This document shows positions 53,466 through 64,000 of a stretch of 64,000 nucleotides of DNA, in pieces. Source of the stretch: an uncultured delta proteobacterium. Its GTDB lineage: Bacteria > Desulfobacterota > RBG-13-43-22. The stretch is taken from contig CAWDKY010000017.1 of the NCBI GenBank assembly GCA_963802945.1, forward strand, positions 1 to 64,000. Reading direction: 5' to 3'. Numbering within the stretch: position 1 is the stretch's first letter; each line of letters starts with the position of its first letter. The position numbers and the translations under genes were made by a program. The notes beneath the pieces are model-generated. The model made no database searches and was not told the origin of the DNA. It saw nothing but the letters and a program-made list of their open reading frames with translations.

Positions 53466-54291
53466 TCATTCATTGAGAGGGAAGAAATCCGGCATATCGC
53501 CGGGGACCTTCAGTTTCCATTCCGGTTCCCGTTTTTCCAGGAAAGAAGTCACCCCTTCCCGTGCATCGGGTTGCAAACCGGTCCAGGCATAATATTTGTG
53601 ATTGATCCTTTCGGCCTTTTCCGGATCGGGTTCACTTAAGAATTGATAAAGCATGTGTTTGGTCAGGGCCACACTGACCGGGGCGCAGTTTACGGCGATG
53701 TCCCTGGCCAGTTCCCGGGCTGTCGGCATGAGTTGGTCGTCCGGCACCACTCGGCTAACCAACCCAAATTCCAGGGCCTCCCGGGCGGTCAGGATCCGGC
53801 CGGTATACATCAATTCAGCCGCCCGGCTGATTCCGACGATCCTCGGAAGAAGCCAGGCACAGCCCACCTCCGGGATGATTCCCCGACGGTTGAAAACGAT
53901 TCCCAGACGGGCGCTCTCGGCTGCGATACGGAATATCATAAGGCAAAGTCATGGTTACACCCACTCCCACGGAAGGCCCATTGTAAGCCACGATGACAGG
54001 TTTTTTAAGTGAAAAATAATATTTCAAAAGGCTGGCACGTCTTTCCTCAGGCGGGCGTTTGGTCCGGTCAAAAGTGTCCCCTCCTCTTTGAAGATCGGCA
54101 CCGGCACAGAATCCCCGGCCCGCCCCGGTCATAATGGTCACTCTCATTTCAGGATCCTCTTCAACTTCCATGAGGGCCTGGCGGATCTCCTGCCCCATGG
54201 TCTGGGTAAAAGCATTGAGCCGTTCTGGCCGGTTCAGGGTTATGAAGGCAATCCTTTCCGCTTTTTCAAAAATAATCTGGGTATAATTCAT
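53466..54291 (-). CDS. Enoyl-CoA hydratase/isomerase; frameshift near 53935
   Basis: ITLNRPERLNA, FCAGADL, NGPSVGVG, GIIPE, EGVTSFLEKR. Confidence 0.92.
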
Positions 54292-54334
54292 TTTTGTCTC
54301 CTTTGCGAATATTTTTGATAAGAATTTTCTTTTT

Positions 54335-54730
54335 GATGGGAAGAGTATAAGGCAAGAAAAAGACGGGGGCAAGGAGAAAAGCAGGGCGGAAGAGAAGGGG
54401 ACGAAGGGCGACTTCTTCTCCATTAATACAGGAATCGAAAGACCTTCTTTGGGCCGTTGGTGGCGTAGTTTATTCGGGCCATAAAATACCAATTCAACTA
54501 TTTCAACAACGTATCGGAAAACGATTTTTAAGATCAACAGACCGCCCCGTTGACTTGCTTTAGTACGCCGTAATGTGCAAGATTCAGAACCGGACCTCCG
54601 ACCTGCTCAAATCCATGAACCTTCGATCATCTCCAACTCTTTTGGAGATGATCATAAAATAGTAGTTCAATTCATTCACCAATGCCCTCGATTAAGGCAT
54701 GTCAACCAGGAAGATTTGAGCCTCTTCCCA
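54335..54730 (-). repeat. Recurring promoter module (copy C) with two internal insertions
   Basis: Matches copy A in three blocks separated by about 50 bp and 170 bp of extra sequence. Confidence 0.75.
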
Positions 54731-54742
54731 TATTCATCTTGA

Positions 54743-55387
54743 TTAGGGTTTCATCCCGACCTTTAATCCCCATCCGAGCATTGCCAGGGCTACCATTTCA
54801 ATAAGATGAAAGATACCATTATGATCAAATGGGAAAAGAACCTTCATCGAGACATGGCTGGCCTGCACTCCGGCCGCAACTAGGCTTAGAAGGATTGCCA
54901 AAGAAATCCATCCGGACCCTTTCGCCCGCTGAGTGACGGCCAGGAAAGAATAGATAGCCAGCGTGCCAATAATGGCCAAGGCTTCATAGTTAACGAAGAT
55001 GATCAATGCACTGTCGAAAAACCGACCCAGTACAAAAAAGATAATACTCACTGCCGCAATTAACCCAACGAGACGTTTGGCCATATCCCTGCCACGCCAA
55101 TCCAATAGAGCGCCGGCGACCAAAAGCGCAACGGCTACCCCAAGACATAAAAAGAGAGGCAGCCAAAGCGCTTCACGCAGGGAAGACTGCTTATCCAAAC
55201 CATGAGCAACAGCACCCATAAAGGAAGAAAACGCCAGAAGGCCGAACACCCAACACCACAGGGAAGTTCTCCATCGGTCAACGGCCAGGGCCCGCCACAG
55301 GCCTATCAGGATGAAGACACACTCGATGGCCAGAAACAGGTCGGTTGCACTGGTTGTAAGTTCGGTTGGAGATTTAATCAGGATCAT
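54743..55387 (-). CDS. Multi-pass membrane protein
   Basis: About 7 TM helices; TELTTSATD, AVAHG, FDHNGIFHL motifs. Confidence 0.8.
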   Translation of the reverse strand: MILIKSPTELTTSATDLFLAIECVFILIGLWRALAVDRWRTSLWCWVFGLLAFSSFMGAVAHGLDKQSSLREALWLPLFLCLGVAVALLVAGALLDWRGRDMAKRLVGLIAAVSIIFFVLGRFFDSALIIFVNYEALAIIGTLAIYSFLAVTQRAKGSGWISLAILLSLVAAGVQASHVSMKVLFPFDHNGIFHLIEMVALAMLGWGLKVGMKP

Positions 55388-55434
55388 AACGGCCTGATGA
55401 CGGTAAAATTGAATGGCTAAGAAGTTGCTTTTTG

Positions 55435-55478
55435 ATGGTAAGAATATAAAATAAGATAAAAGAGCGGTCAAGGAGGAA
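55435..55478 (-). promoter_or_regulatory. Recurring promoter module (copy D), TTGACC-17-TATATT
   Basis: Same flanking context as copies A-C. Confidence 0.6.
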
Positions 55479-55721
55479 AAAGGAAGAAAAAATAGGGGTG
55501 GCTAACGGAGTTAAGGAGGTTTAGGCCGGTTAGCTGGGGAATAGAAGAACCTATTTGAGCAAACAAAAGCCAAAAAGTAAAAATATAGGAGCCGAACTTC
55601 CAAAACTAAGATATACTGCCCCCCATGCATCCTGATCTTACCTTATCTCAATTTGAGGTATATTATCATCAAAACATATAATATTCCGGGGAATCCTGCT
55701 AAAAAATAATATTCAAAATTC

Positions 55722-56561
55722 TTAGAAGTTTTTTTCACAAAACTCAAAAGCATTCTTGAAAATTTTTAATCCTGCCCCTTCCTCATTTTCCAACTGTTTC
55801 CCTTCTCTCTGCCTCATTTCTTTATGCAAGGTCCAGTTGGGATGCTGGGTGAAGTGATGATAGCCCTCGGGATGGGGCATAAGTCCGAATATGCGTCCGG
55901 TGGGATCGCAGATACCGGCAATATCCAACAGGGAACCGTTGGGGTTATAGGGAAACCTGCCTTCGGCTCTGTCCCCGGAAGGCAGAAGATACGAAAGGGC
56001 CACCTGGTTATTTTGTTGCAGTCGATTTAGCACCCCTTCCGGTGCGAAAAATTTCCCTTCCCCGTGGCGAATAGGCAATTCCAGCCATTCAATCCCTTTG
56101 GTAAAAATGCAGGGGGATTCGGGATTGCCCCTCATCTTCACCCAATCATTTCTAAAATTGCCGCAGTCATTGGCCAGCAAGGCCACCTCCCGCCGGTCAT
56201 AATGCCCTTCAAAACCCGGCAGTAATCCCATATTGACCATGGCTTGAAACCCGTTGCAGATCCCGATGATCATTTTCCCAGCAGCGATAAATTCTTCCAG
56301 GTCGGTTTTTAATTTGTATTTCAGACGGGTGGCCAGAAGGACCCCGGCCCCATGATCATCCCCCCAGCTAAATCCACCATCAAAAACCAGGAGGTGATAA
56401 TCTTTTATTTTTTGGGTGTGCTGCCCAACTTCTGGATTGATCAATTCACTGATATGCACCCGTTCGGCCTCAAAGCCGGCCAGGGTTAAGGCATATTGGG
56501 TTTCCCAATCACAATTGAGACCATATCCGGTTAAAACCAAGGCACGAGGAGTTTTCATCAT
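55722..56561 (-). CDS. purQ: FGAM synthase glutaminase subunit
   Basis: GGFSWGD, GICNGFQ, HGEG, NPNGS, MPHPE. Confidence 0.95.
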   Translation of the reverse strand: MMKTPRALVLTGYGLNCDWETQYALTLAGFEAERVHISELINPEVGQHTQKIKDYHLLVFDGGFSWGDDHGAGVLLATRLKYKLKTDLEEFIAAGKMIIGICNGFQAMVNMGLLPGFEGHYDRREVALLANDCGNFRNDWVKMRGNPESPCIFTKGIEWLELPIRHGEGKFFAPEGVLNRLQQNNQVALSYLLPSGDRAEGRFPYNPNGSLLDIAGICDPTGRIFGLMPHPEGYHHFTQHPNWTLHKEMRQREGKQLENEEGAGLKIFKNAFEFCEKNF

Positions 56562-59552
56562 ATCAGACCTCCATAAGTTTGATGAAAGGCCTCTCTCAAG
56601 GGCTTCAGTCGTGTTTTTATCAAGATACGCTTTCCATCTTCAATATTAAAGTTTTGATCCTTTCGCACCCGGCCGATGCAATCCATCCGGGACCCGGCCA
56701 TCAGTTTTTCAAAAGGCTTTTTCTTTTTGGGGTCCACGCACAGGAAGCACCCGGCCGCAGGATTCTGAAAACAAGAGCTTGTCGGCCCGTATTGGAAAAG
56801 AAACAGGGACCTTGGCCAGATCGACATCAACCCCCAAATCTCCGGCCAAGGCCATCAGGGCCAAATGGATCCCCAGGCCTCCCCGATAAACCCCGTGGGC
56901 CGCGGAAATCAGGCCTGCTTCTATGGCTCGTTGCAAGGCAGCATAATGATTTTTTTCAGGTACTCCATCCAAATGCGGGACATTCAGCCCCACATGTCCT
57001 AAAAGATCATAGTATTCCGATTCTCCTAATTCATCCCTGGTTTCTCCGAGGAGATAGATCAAGTCTCCGGGAATTTTTACATCCATAGAGACACAGTTTC
57101 GGACATCTGGAACGATGCTGGTGGCCGTAAATTGAAAGGTCGGCAGACCCGAAATCCGGTGGGCCTCTCCAAAGGGGCCGTTGATATAGCCGTCCACATA
57201 CATACTGTCTTTCCCCGAAAGCAAGGGGATGCCGAACTTAAGGCAAATATCCCTCAAGGCCCAGTTGGCCCGCACCAGTTGGGCGGCTTTGTATTTCCCA
57301 TCCGGGTTTTCCAGCGGATCATATTGAATGCTGGGCCAGCAGAAATTATCCACTCCCCCGATTTGTTCCAGATCGCTGCCAACAACCAACAGTCTTCGGA
57401 TCGCCTCATCCATGGTGGCGGCTACCATGGCATAGGGGTCAATCAACCCATAGGTAGGCAAGATGGACTGAGTGAAGGCAATGCCCCGCAAGGAAGGCAG
57501 ATGAGGTCTAATGACCACGGCGTCGCCGGGGATATCGCGGTATTTCCCAGCCAGAGGCTTAAGCACGTTTCCACCCTGGACCTCGTGATCGTATTGACGG
57601 GCAATCCAGTTTTTGGATGCGATGTTCGGTCTGGATAATATATTTTTTAACAGCTCAAGGTAATCCACCGGTTCCTTAATCACCGGCTCGATCAGACCCC
57701 TGGTTTCCGGTGGCTGCCACTCGGCCTCAAAAGTCCATTTGGGAAAATCGGATTGCAAAAAACCCAGATCAACATAGGCACAGGTTTTTCCCTGATAAAG
57801 CAGATGGACCTTGCCGGAAGCAGTGTAGTTCCCTAAGTTGGTGCATTCCACATTGTGTTTGCGGGCCAATGCCTGAAATCGCTCCCAATGCTTAGGCTTT
57901 AATCCTACGGTCATCCGTTCCTGGGATTCGGAAACCCAGATCTCCCATTGATCCAGCCCTTCATACTTCAAGGGCACCCGGTCCAGGTGGACCTCACACC
58001 CGTTGCTGAAGCGGGCTGATTCGCCCACCGAGGAAGAAAGCCCGCCGCCGCCGTTGTCGGTAATATAAGATACAATCCCTTCGTCTCGAGCTTCGAGAAG
58101 AAAATCGTGCATCTTTTTCTGGGTGTAGGGGTCGCCGATCTGGACATGGCTGGCCGGGGTGTTGACGCTGTACACTTCGGATGAGGCCGTAACCCCGTGA
58201 ATCCCATCTTTACCTACCCGGCCGCCGCACATTACGATCAGGTCTCCCGGTTCAGTCTGTTTTAATTCTATTGGTTCTTTTTTTATCTTGGCCGGCATGA
58301 ATCCCATGGCGGCCACAAAGACCAGGCATTTGCCGATATAGCCGGGATGAAAAAAAACCTGACCAAAGGGTGTGGGGATCCCGCTCTTGTTTCCGCCGTC
58401 CCGCACCCCTTCTATGATCCCGTCAAGCAGGCGGCGGGGATGGAGTTTGGGTTTAAGAGGGCCGTCATAGTCCCTGGGGCCGACACAGTATCCGTAAGCG
58501 CCCATACAAAGCCGGGAACCCTTGCCCGTGCCCATAGGATCCCGATAGACCCCCACGATTCCGGTTATGGCCCCGCCATAAGGTTCCATATTGGAGGGGC
58601 TGTTGTGGGTTTCAACCGTGATGCAATAATAATGATTTTCATCAAACCGGGCCACACCGGCATTATCCCAGAGGACCGAGATCACCCAGTCTTTCTCTTT
58701 TTGTATCTTCAAGGTGGGGGCTTCGATACAGGTTTTAAATAGGTTATCGATGGTTGTACTTTCCCCGGTGGTAAGATCGCAATAATGGAACAGCCCCCTG
58801 AAGGTGTTGTGATTGCAGTGATCACTGCGGGCCTGAGAAATATATTCCAGCTCAACATCCGTGGGCATGGTCAGCCCGACACGGCCTCGTTGGGCCAGTA
58901 CTTCCGGCTTTTGAAAATAGGCCTGGATAACGGCCATATCCTCTTTCGGCAGGGCCCAGGAACGTTCCCGGTTAAGCCGGGAAAATTCTTCCAGGGAATC
59001 AATGGGGATGACGGATACCGTGGGTTGATGATGCAATTCCACTTTGGGGATAAGGGTTCCTACCCCTGACGAATCATCCCATTCCGTTTTAGAGAAAATC
59101 CGCCATTGTTGTATCAGATCATTGGCCAAGAGTTCCCGGGCAATTTTTTCTACAGCCTCTTTTTTTATTCGCTGGGCTTTGATCTGATATTGCTTGGATG
59201 TATAGACGGCTTCACCAGGGGAAAACTTGATCCCTAGAAAAGATTCAATAGCTTCAATAGCCGTGCTTCCGGCGTTATCCTTTACCCCGGGCAGAAACCC
59301 CACCCAGATGAGCCAATCAAACCCTTTGGCCAGGGGCTGGAAAGAAGAAATCTGGGTCACCGGATTGGTAAAAATTTCATTCCGGATCGCCTCCAATTGA
59401 TCTTGGGTCAAAGTCGTATCGAAGGTCAGGACTTGGATGGTTCTAACTTCTTCCACCTTAATCCCCAGATAATCCCAAGCCTTCTTTTTGAGCGTTTCTC
59501 CCTCTGGGTCCCGGACTTCCGGTTTAAGCATTATTTCCAAGCGTTGTGGCAT
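56558..59552 (-). CDS. purL: FGAM synthase synthetase subunit with PurS-like N-terminus; frameshift near 56750
   Basis: SDHCNH, ETHNSPS, DGIHG, DNGGGGLS, SESQERM, QYDHEVQ, SGKDS. Confidence 0.95.
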
Positions 59553-60042
59553 GGGTTTTCCTTTCTCCGCTATACTTAAATAGTTAAGTCTCCCCGCGCT
59601 CATCAAATGATAGCGGGACATTACTATTTTCGTCCCAGACCTTCATCTCATCTTTGGATAAAAATGGTTTTATAATACACACCATTTATTAAAATGGAAG
59701 TATTTATTTCCGGTTGAACTATAGGCTATATTGACAATGAAAACCTAAAAAAACGGCAAAGATTTGTCAAATTAATAATTATTATATTATTTATTAATGT
59801 TATAAAAACACGGAAACTGCCCCACAAAGTCAATGAAAATTAATCAAATTTTCTTTGCCGACTTTTGGGAAAAGGCTGGAGAGAGATAAGCAGCCCATTT
59901 CGGGTTTCTCTTGCCCTCGGGGGCGGAAGAAACTATAATTGGTCGGAAAAAAGACAGTTCGGAGTTCAGAGTTCAGAGAGTGGAGATTGGAGAAACCTAA
60001 TTTTCATAACTCTTAATGCCCTAATGGAAAAGGATATCGATT

Positions 60043-61071
60043 ATGCGCGTGGCCATGTATTATAACAATAGGGATATTCGAATCGAGGAGATGCTCAAAC
60101 CAGCCATTGGTCCAGGTGAAGTGTTGATCCAAATAGAGGCCAGCGGGATCTGCGGAAGTGATGTCATTGAATGGTACCGGATCCACAAGGCCCCTCTGGT
60201 CTTGGGGCATGAGATAGCCGGGCAGATCGTCGAGGTCGGGGATCGGGTTAAGAAATACCGGGTGGGTGACCGGGTGGCCGCCTCCCATCATGTGCCCTGC
60301 AATACTTGTTATTATTGCTTAAGCGGCCATCAGACGGTTTGCGATACCTTGCGCTCAACCAATTTTTATCCCGGTGGCTTTGCCGAATTTGTCCGTTTGC
60401 CTCCGATCAATGTGGACCGGGGGATTTACCCTTTGCCCGACGATATGTCTTATGAAGCGGCTACCTTTATCGAGCCCTTGGCCTGTGTCTTAAGGGCTCA
60501 ACGAATCGCCGGCCTGTCCCCGGGGCAGACCGTACTAGTATTGGGCAGCGGGATCTCTGGCTTGCTCCACATCCAAATGGCCAGGGCCTTAGGGGCCGGG
60601 AAGATCATGGCCACCGATGTCAGCGAATACCGGATGAAGGCGGCCAAGGCCCTGGGGGCCGATGAGGTTGTCAAAGCCCAGGACTTGACCCCAGACCTTT
60701 TAAAAAATTTCAACCAGGGCTTTTTGGCCGACCAGGTGATCATCGCCACCGGGGCAGAGCAGGTTCAACTTCAAGCCTTATCCCTGGTTGAACGGGGGGG
60801 GACCGTTCTCTTTTTCGCCCCAACCGATCAAGGAGTCACCATTCCCATTTCCATAAACGACCTGTTTTTCAGAAACGATATCACCTTAACCACCTCTTAT
60901 GCCGGCAGTCCGGCTGACCACTTCCGAGCGCTACAATTAATCGAAGCCGGTGCCTTGAATATTAATCGGTTGATCACCCATCGCCTTGGGCTGGCCGAAA
61001 CGGGGAAAGGATTTCAGTTGGTTGCCGAGGCCAAAGATTCCATCAAAGTGATTGTGGAGCCGCAACGATAA
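60043..61071 (+). CDS. Zinc-dependent (sorbitol/threonine-type) dehydrogenase
   Basis: GICGSD, LGHE, CNTCYYC...C, GSGISG. Confidence 0.92.
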   Translation: MRVAMYYNNRDIRIEEMLKPAIGPGEVLIQIEASGICGSDVIEWYRIHKAPLVLGHEIAGQIVEVGDRVKKYRVGDRVAASHHVPCNTCYYCLSGHQTVCDTLRSTNFYPGGFAEFVRLPPINVDRGIYPLPDDMSYEAATFIEPLACVLRAQRIAGLSPGQTVLVLGSGISGLLHIQMARALGAGKIMATDVSEYRMKAAKALGADEVVKAQDLTPDLLKNFNQGFLADQVIIATGAEQVQLQALSLVERGGTVLFFAPTDQGVTIPISINDLFFRNDITLTTSYAGSPADHFRALQLIEAGALNINRLITHRLGLAETGKGFQLVAEAKDSIKVIVEPQR

Positions 61072-61126
61072 GATTTTTTGATAAAATCTTACTTTTTATG
61101 GGGTGAGGATAAGGCCACTTTTCCCC

Positions 61127-61155
61127 TTGACCCTATCTGGGGCTTATTTTATACT
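61127..61155 (+). promoter_or_regulatory. Sigma70-like promoter
   Basis: TTGACC-17-TATACT upstream of lsrF. Confidence 0.6.
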
Positions 61156-61248
61156 CATTTCAACCAAAAGGTATTCTTGCCAAATATTATCAAAGAGTTT
61201 AATTCGAAGAAGACGCTCAATTATCGAAAGAAAAAAAGGAGAAATACC

Positions 61249-62139
61249 ATGCCCGATGTAGAAGACCATAAAGAAGGGAAAAGATATTGCCCGGACATTC
61301 CCCAGCAGACCGAAGGATTTTTTCTTAAGGGATCCAATGCCCTGGATTGGGGGATGAAAAACCGGCTGGCCCGGATCTTCAATCCAAAATCAGGTCGAAC
61401 GGTGATGCTGGCCGTGGATCATGGTTATTTCCAGGGACCTACCACAGGTCTGGAGAGGATGGATTTAAGTATCCTGCCCATCGCCCCCTATGCGGATACC
61501 CTAATGCTGACCAGGGGAATTTTACGCAGTATTATCCCCCCTTCCCTTTCCCCATCCATTGTCCTCAGGGTGTCGGGAGGAACCAGCATCTTGAAGGAGC
61601 TTAGCAACGAAGAAATTGCAGTGGATATTGAAGACGCCATCCGGTTGAATGTTTGCGCCATGGCCGTCCAGGTATTTATCGGGGGGGAGTACGAGCGCCA
61701 ATCCATCATAAACATGACCAAAATGGTGGACCAAGGAACCCGGTACGGCATTCCCACCCTGGCCGTCACCGCCGTGGGCAAGGATATGGCTCGGGATGCC
61801 CGTTACTTCAGGCTGGCCACCCGTATTTGCGCTGAACTGGGCGCCCATTATATAAAAACCTATTACATTGAAGAGGGCTTCGAAACGGTTATTGCCTCAT
61901 GTCCGGTGCCTATCGTCATGGCTGGCGGTAAGAAGATCCCCGAATTAGATGCCTTGACTATGGCCTATCGCGCGATTCAGCAAGGGGCCTCCGGCGTAGA
62001 CATGGGCAGAAATATCTTTCAATCGGATTTCCCTGCGGCTATGATCCAGGCCGTTCGGGCCGTGGTCCATAATAACGCCACCCCGAAAGAGGCTTTTGAG
62101 CTATACAAGAACTTGAGTAAATCTAAAAAGAAAAGATAG
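61249..62139 (+). CDS. lsrF: LsrF-like thiolase / class I aldolase
   Basis: [41 protein letters not shown]. Confidence 0.92.
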   Translation: MPDVEDHKEGKRYCPDIPQQTEGFFLKGSNALDWGMKNRLARIFNPKSGRTVMLAVDHGYFQGPTTGLERMDLSILPIAPYADTLMLTRGILRSIIPPSLSPSIVLRVSGGTSILKELSNEEIAVDIEDAIRLNVCAMAVQVFIGGEYERQSIINMTKMVDQGTRYGIPTLAVTAVGKDMARDARYFRLATRICAELGAHYIKTYYIEEGFETVIASCPVPIVMAGGKKIPELDALTMAYRAIQQGASGVDMGRNIFQSDFPAAMIQAVRAVVHNNATPKEAFELYKNLSKSKKKR

Positions 62140-62174
62140 GGGTTTAGCCTTCAGTCTATCCACTTGTTGTTTAT

Positions 62175-63126
62175 TCACAAGTGATTGCGCAATTTCAGTT
62201 CCAGGGGATGGGGTTGCAGATAGGTTTGGTTTTTCAAATACGATTGATCGTATTTGCGGACATAATGCAGCAGAAGGGTTATTGGTATGATAAGAGGGAT
62301 CAGGCCCTGTTTATAATGATTGATAACTTCAATTAGCTCTTCCTTTTCATCCGAAGATAAATTCTTTTTAAAAAATCCCATCATATGAAAAAGCAAATCG
62401 CTGTGTTTTTTTTGGGTTAATTTTATTTGCAGGACTTCCAGCAAAAGTTCCTGGTAACTGTCAAATCGTTCTTTCAAAGTCAAGCTTTCGGCCTGGGCGA
62501 CAAGCTGTCCCATTAGCTGATAATACTTTCGGCTATGAGATAATATCTGAAACTTATGTCTGGCATGAAAATCGATTAATGGTTTCAGTCCTGTTTTTTG
62601 AGCCTTGACCTCCCGCCATCTTTTTAAGGTGAAAATCCGTTCAATGAAATTTTCCCGAAGCTGCGGATCATGAAGGCGTCCATCATCCTCCATCGGCAAT
62701 AACGGGAACCGGGTCATGAACTCCCGGGCAAAAAGCCCCACCCCCGTTTTGATTGGCGCCCCCTTATCCCCATAAACTTTCACACGCTCCAGGCCGCTGC
62801 TAGGTGAGCCGCTTTTAAAGATAAAACCGCAGAGATCTTCTTTCTCCAGCTCGGCAATCCGCATACGGGCATAAGTCTTTCATCCTGTCGGTATGATCAA
62901 TTTTTGTATGTATAGTCACCAAACGAGGATTTTGGGGATCCCCAATAAGATGCATGGCCTCCCTGGGAACCCTCAGACCACATTCCACCTCGGGACAGAC
63001 CGGGACAAATTCGACATAGTTACCTAGGGTGTCGGTAATGAAGCGATCCCATCTATGTCCCCCGTCATAGCGGACCTTATCACCCAACAGGCACCGACTG
63101 ATTCCAATTTTTATTTTGTCTTCCAT
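62175..63126 (-). CDS. DUF523/DUF1722 (2-thiouracil desulfurase-like + YbgA) protein; frameshift near 62870
   Basis: CLLGDKVRYDG, CPEVECG, SPSSG, RENFIER, FHARHK. Confidence 0.9.
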
Positions 63127-63456
63127 TGTTTAAATTTTTACATCTTTTGATCTGAAAAATTTTCTCTAATATTCATTGACGTTCTTAATAGTTAAGAATG
63201 TTCGTTGATTCACGATTAAATATTACCCAAAGGAAAAAGGAAAGCCCTTTCTTCTTTAAGACATTCGCTGGTTTTTTCAAGTTCACTTCGGATTTGTTGA
63301 TGTTCCAAAGCATTTGGGCGTAAAAAAGATGATTGAGTGGATAGTGACCAAGCCATCTCAAGAAATCAAATAGTTACGAACGACAAGATTATTTGGCTCA
63401 CCCTTATTGGGACCTTTTTACGAGTTCACCCAGGGTTGCGAAGATATTAAGGTGGC

Positions 63457-64000
63457 TCAGAACCAGAAGGCTAAGACGCACTGGATGGTCTGTGCCCGAC
63501 CAAATTCGGGCTCGATTTCCGGTAACATATTGTACTGGTAGGCTGCCTGGATGCAGCACCACTTGGAGAGGAAGGCACTGAGGCCAAAGCTCACCCCGAC
63601 GTTTTCCTCCAAATCAATAGAGGGACTAAACCGCACAAAGAGCCACTCCAAGAGGCGGTGTTCAATCCCGGCATTAAATCGGTGAATTACCAGGTTGTCT
63701 TGGTCACTGTTGAAAATCCCAAGTTGATAATCCAGGAAGATGGTAGATCCCTTGGCATACTCGTAGGAGAGACCTGGACGCAGGATATATTGCTGTTGAT
63801 TACCATTGGCCTCAATGGTCTGATTTATAGGAGAAGGCAAGGAAGGAAGACTTATCTGGGCCGTTGTCGTGGAGTGATAGGGTTGCCAACCATACTCCAA
63901 GATCATCCCAAGAAGCCACTTTTCGGCTGGCTGATAAAGTCCGCCGATGCGGACGCGATAACTGTCGGCTGAGGTCTCGGTAGCCACGTTCACTGGCATC
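63457..64000 (-). CDS. Outer-membrane beta-barrel protein (5' part outside the window)
   Basis: Alternating amphipathic strands ending in an aromatic residue (AFWF). Confidence 0.6.
   Translation of the reverse strand, partial: MPVNVATETSADSYRVRIGGLYQPAEKWLLGMILEYGWQPYHSTTTAQISLPSLPSPINQTIEANGNQQQYILRPGLSYEYAKGSTIFLDYQLGIFNSDQDNLVIHRFNAGIEHRLLEWLFVRFSPSIDLEENVGVSFGLSAFLSKWCCIQAAYQYNMLPEIEPEFGRAQTIQCVLAFWF

Noticed and set aside
59553-59700. ZTP or purine riboswitch upstream of purL (also checked upstream of the purN-like gene)
   Set aside because: Only generic hairpins are present; the consensus elements were not found.
134-63126. Many split genes (FGE, M90, scpB, RNase E/G, activase, mvhD, tatA, enoyl-CoA hydratase, purL, DUF523) as pseudogenes or programmed frameshifts
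   Set aside because: They are single-base indels, often in short homopolymers and in core genes, scattered throughout the window. Uncorrected long-read error is the best explanation.

Overview
The window joins two very different sequence blocks. Bases 1-~12,515 are GC-rich and Planctomycete (Gemmataceae)-like. They carry an FGE/SUMF1 protein, a Tat oxidoreductase, an M90 peptidase, a RelE-type TA pair, ubiX, dedA, scpB, two LRR paralogues, a truncated Ig+calpain protein and dense REP/heptamer repeats. From ~12,515 the DNA is lower in GC and anaerobic Desulfobacterota-like. It opens with a small accessory island: an HExxH/M48-like protein plus a variant dCTP deaminase, a ThiF fragment, a MITE and IS1182. 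Core metabolism follows: RNase E/G, a giant CoA-dehydratase activase, divergent purN/purD, hdrL-mvhD(Sec)-metVF with an hdrC remnant, cytochrome c3, a selenoprotein DsbA/FrnE, acyl-CoA enzymes, purLQ and lsrF. Many genes carry single-base frameshifts, most likely long-read errors. The most notable signals are: (1) a two-gene gluzincin + dCTP-deaminase module, a candidate undescribed anti-phage system; (2) an element without terminal inverted repeats inserted precisely into a REP hairpin; (3) orphan integron cassettes with attC sites, one interrupting a host gene; (4) a recurring promoter-bearing intergenic module before several consecutive unrelated genes; (5) selenoproteins and small ORFs missed by the ORF track. 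All family assignments come from motif recognition by eye, not from database searches.
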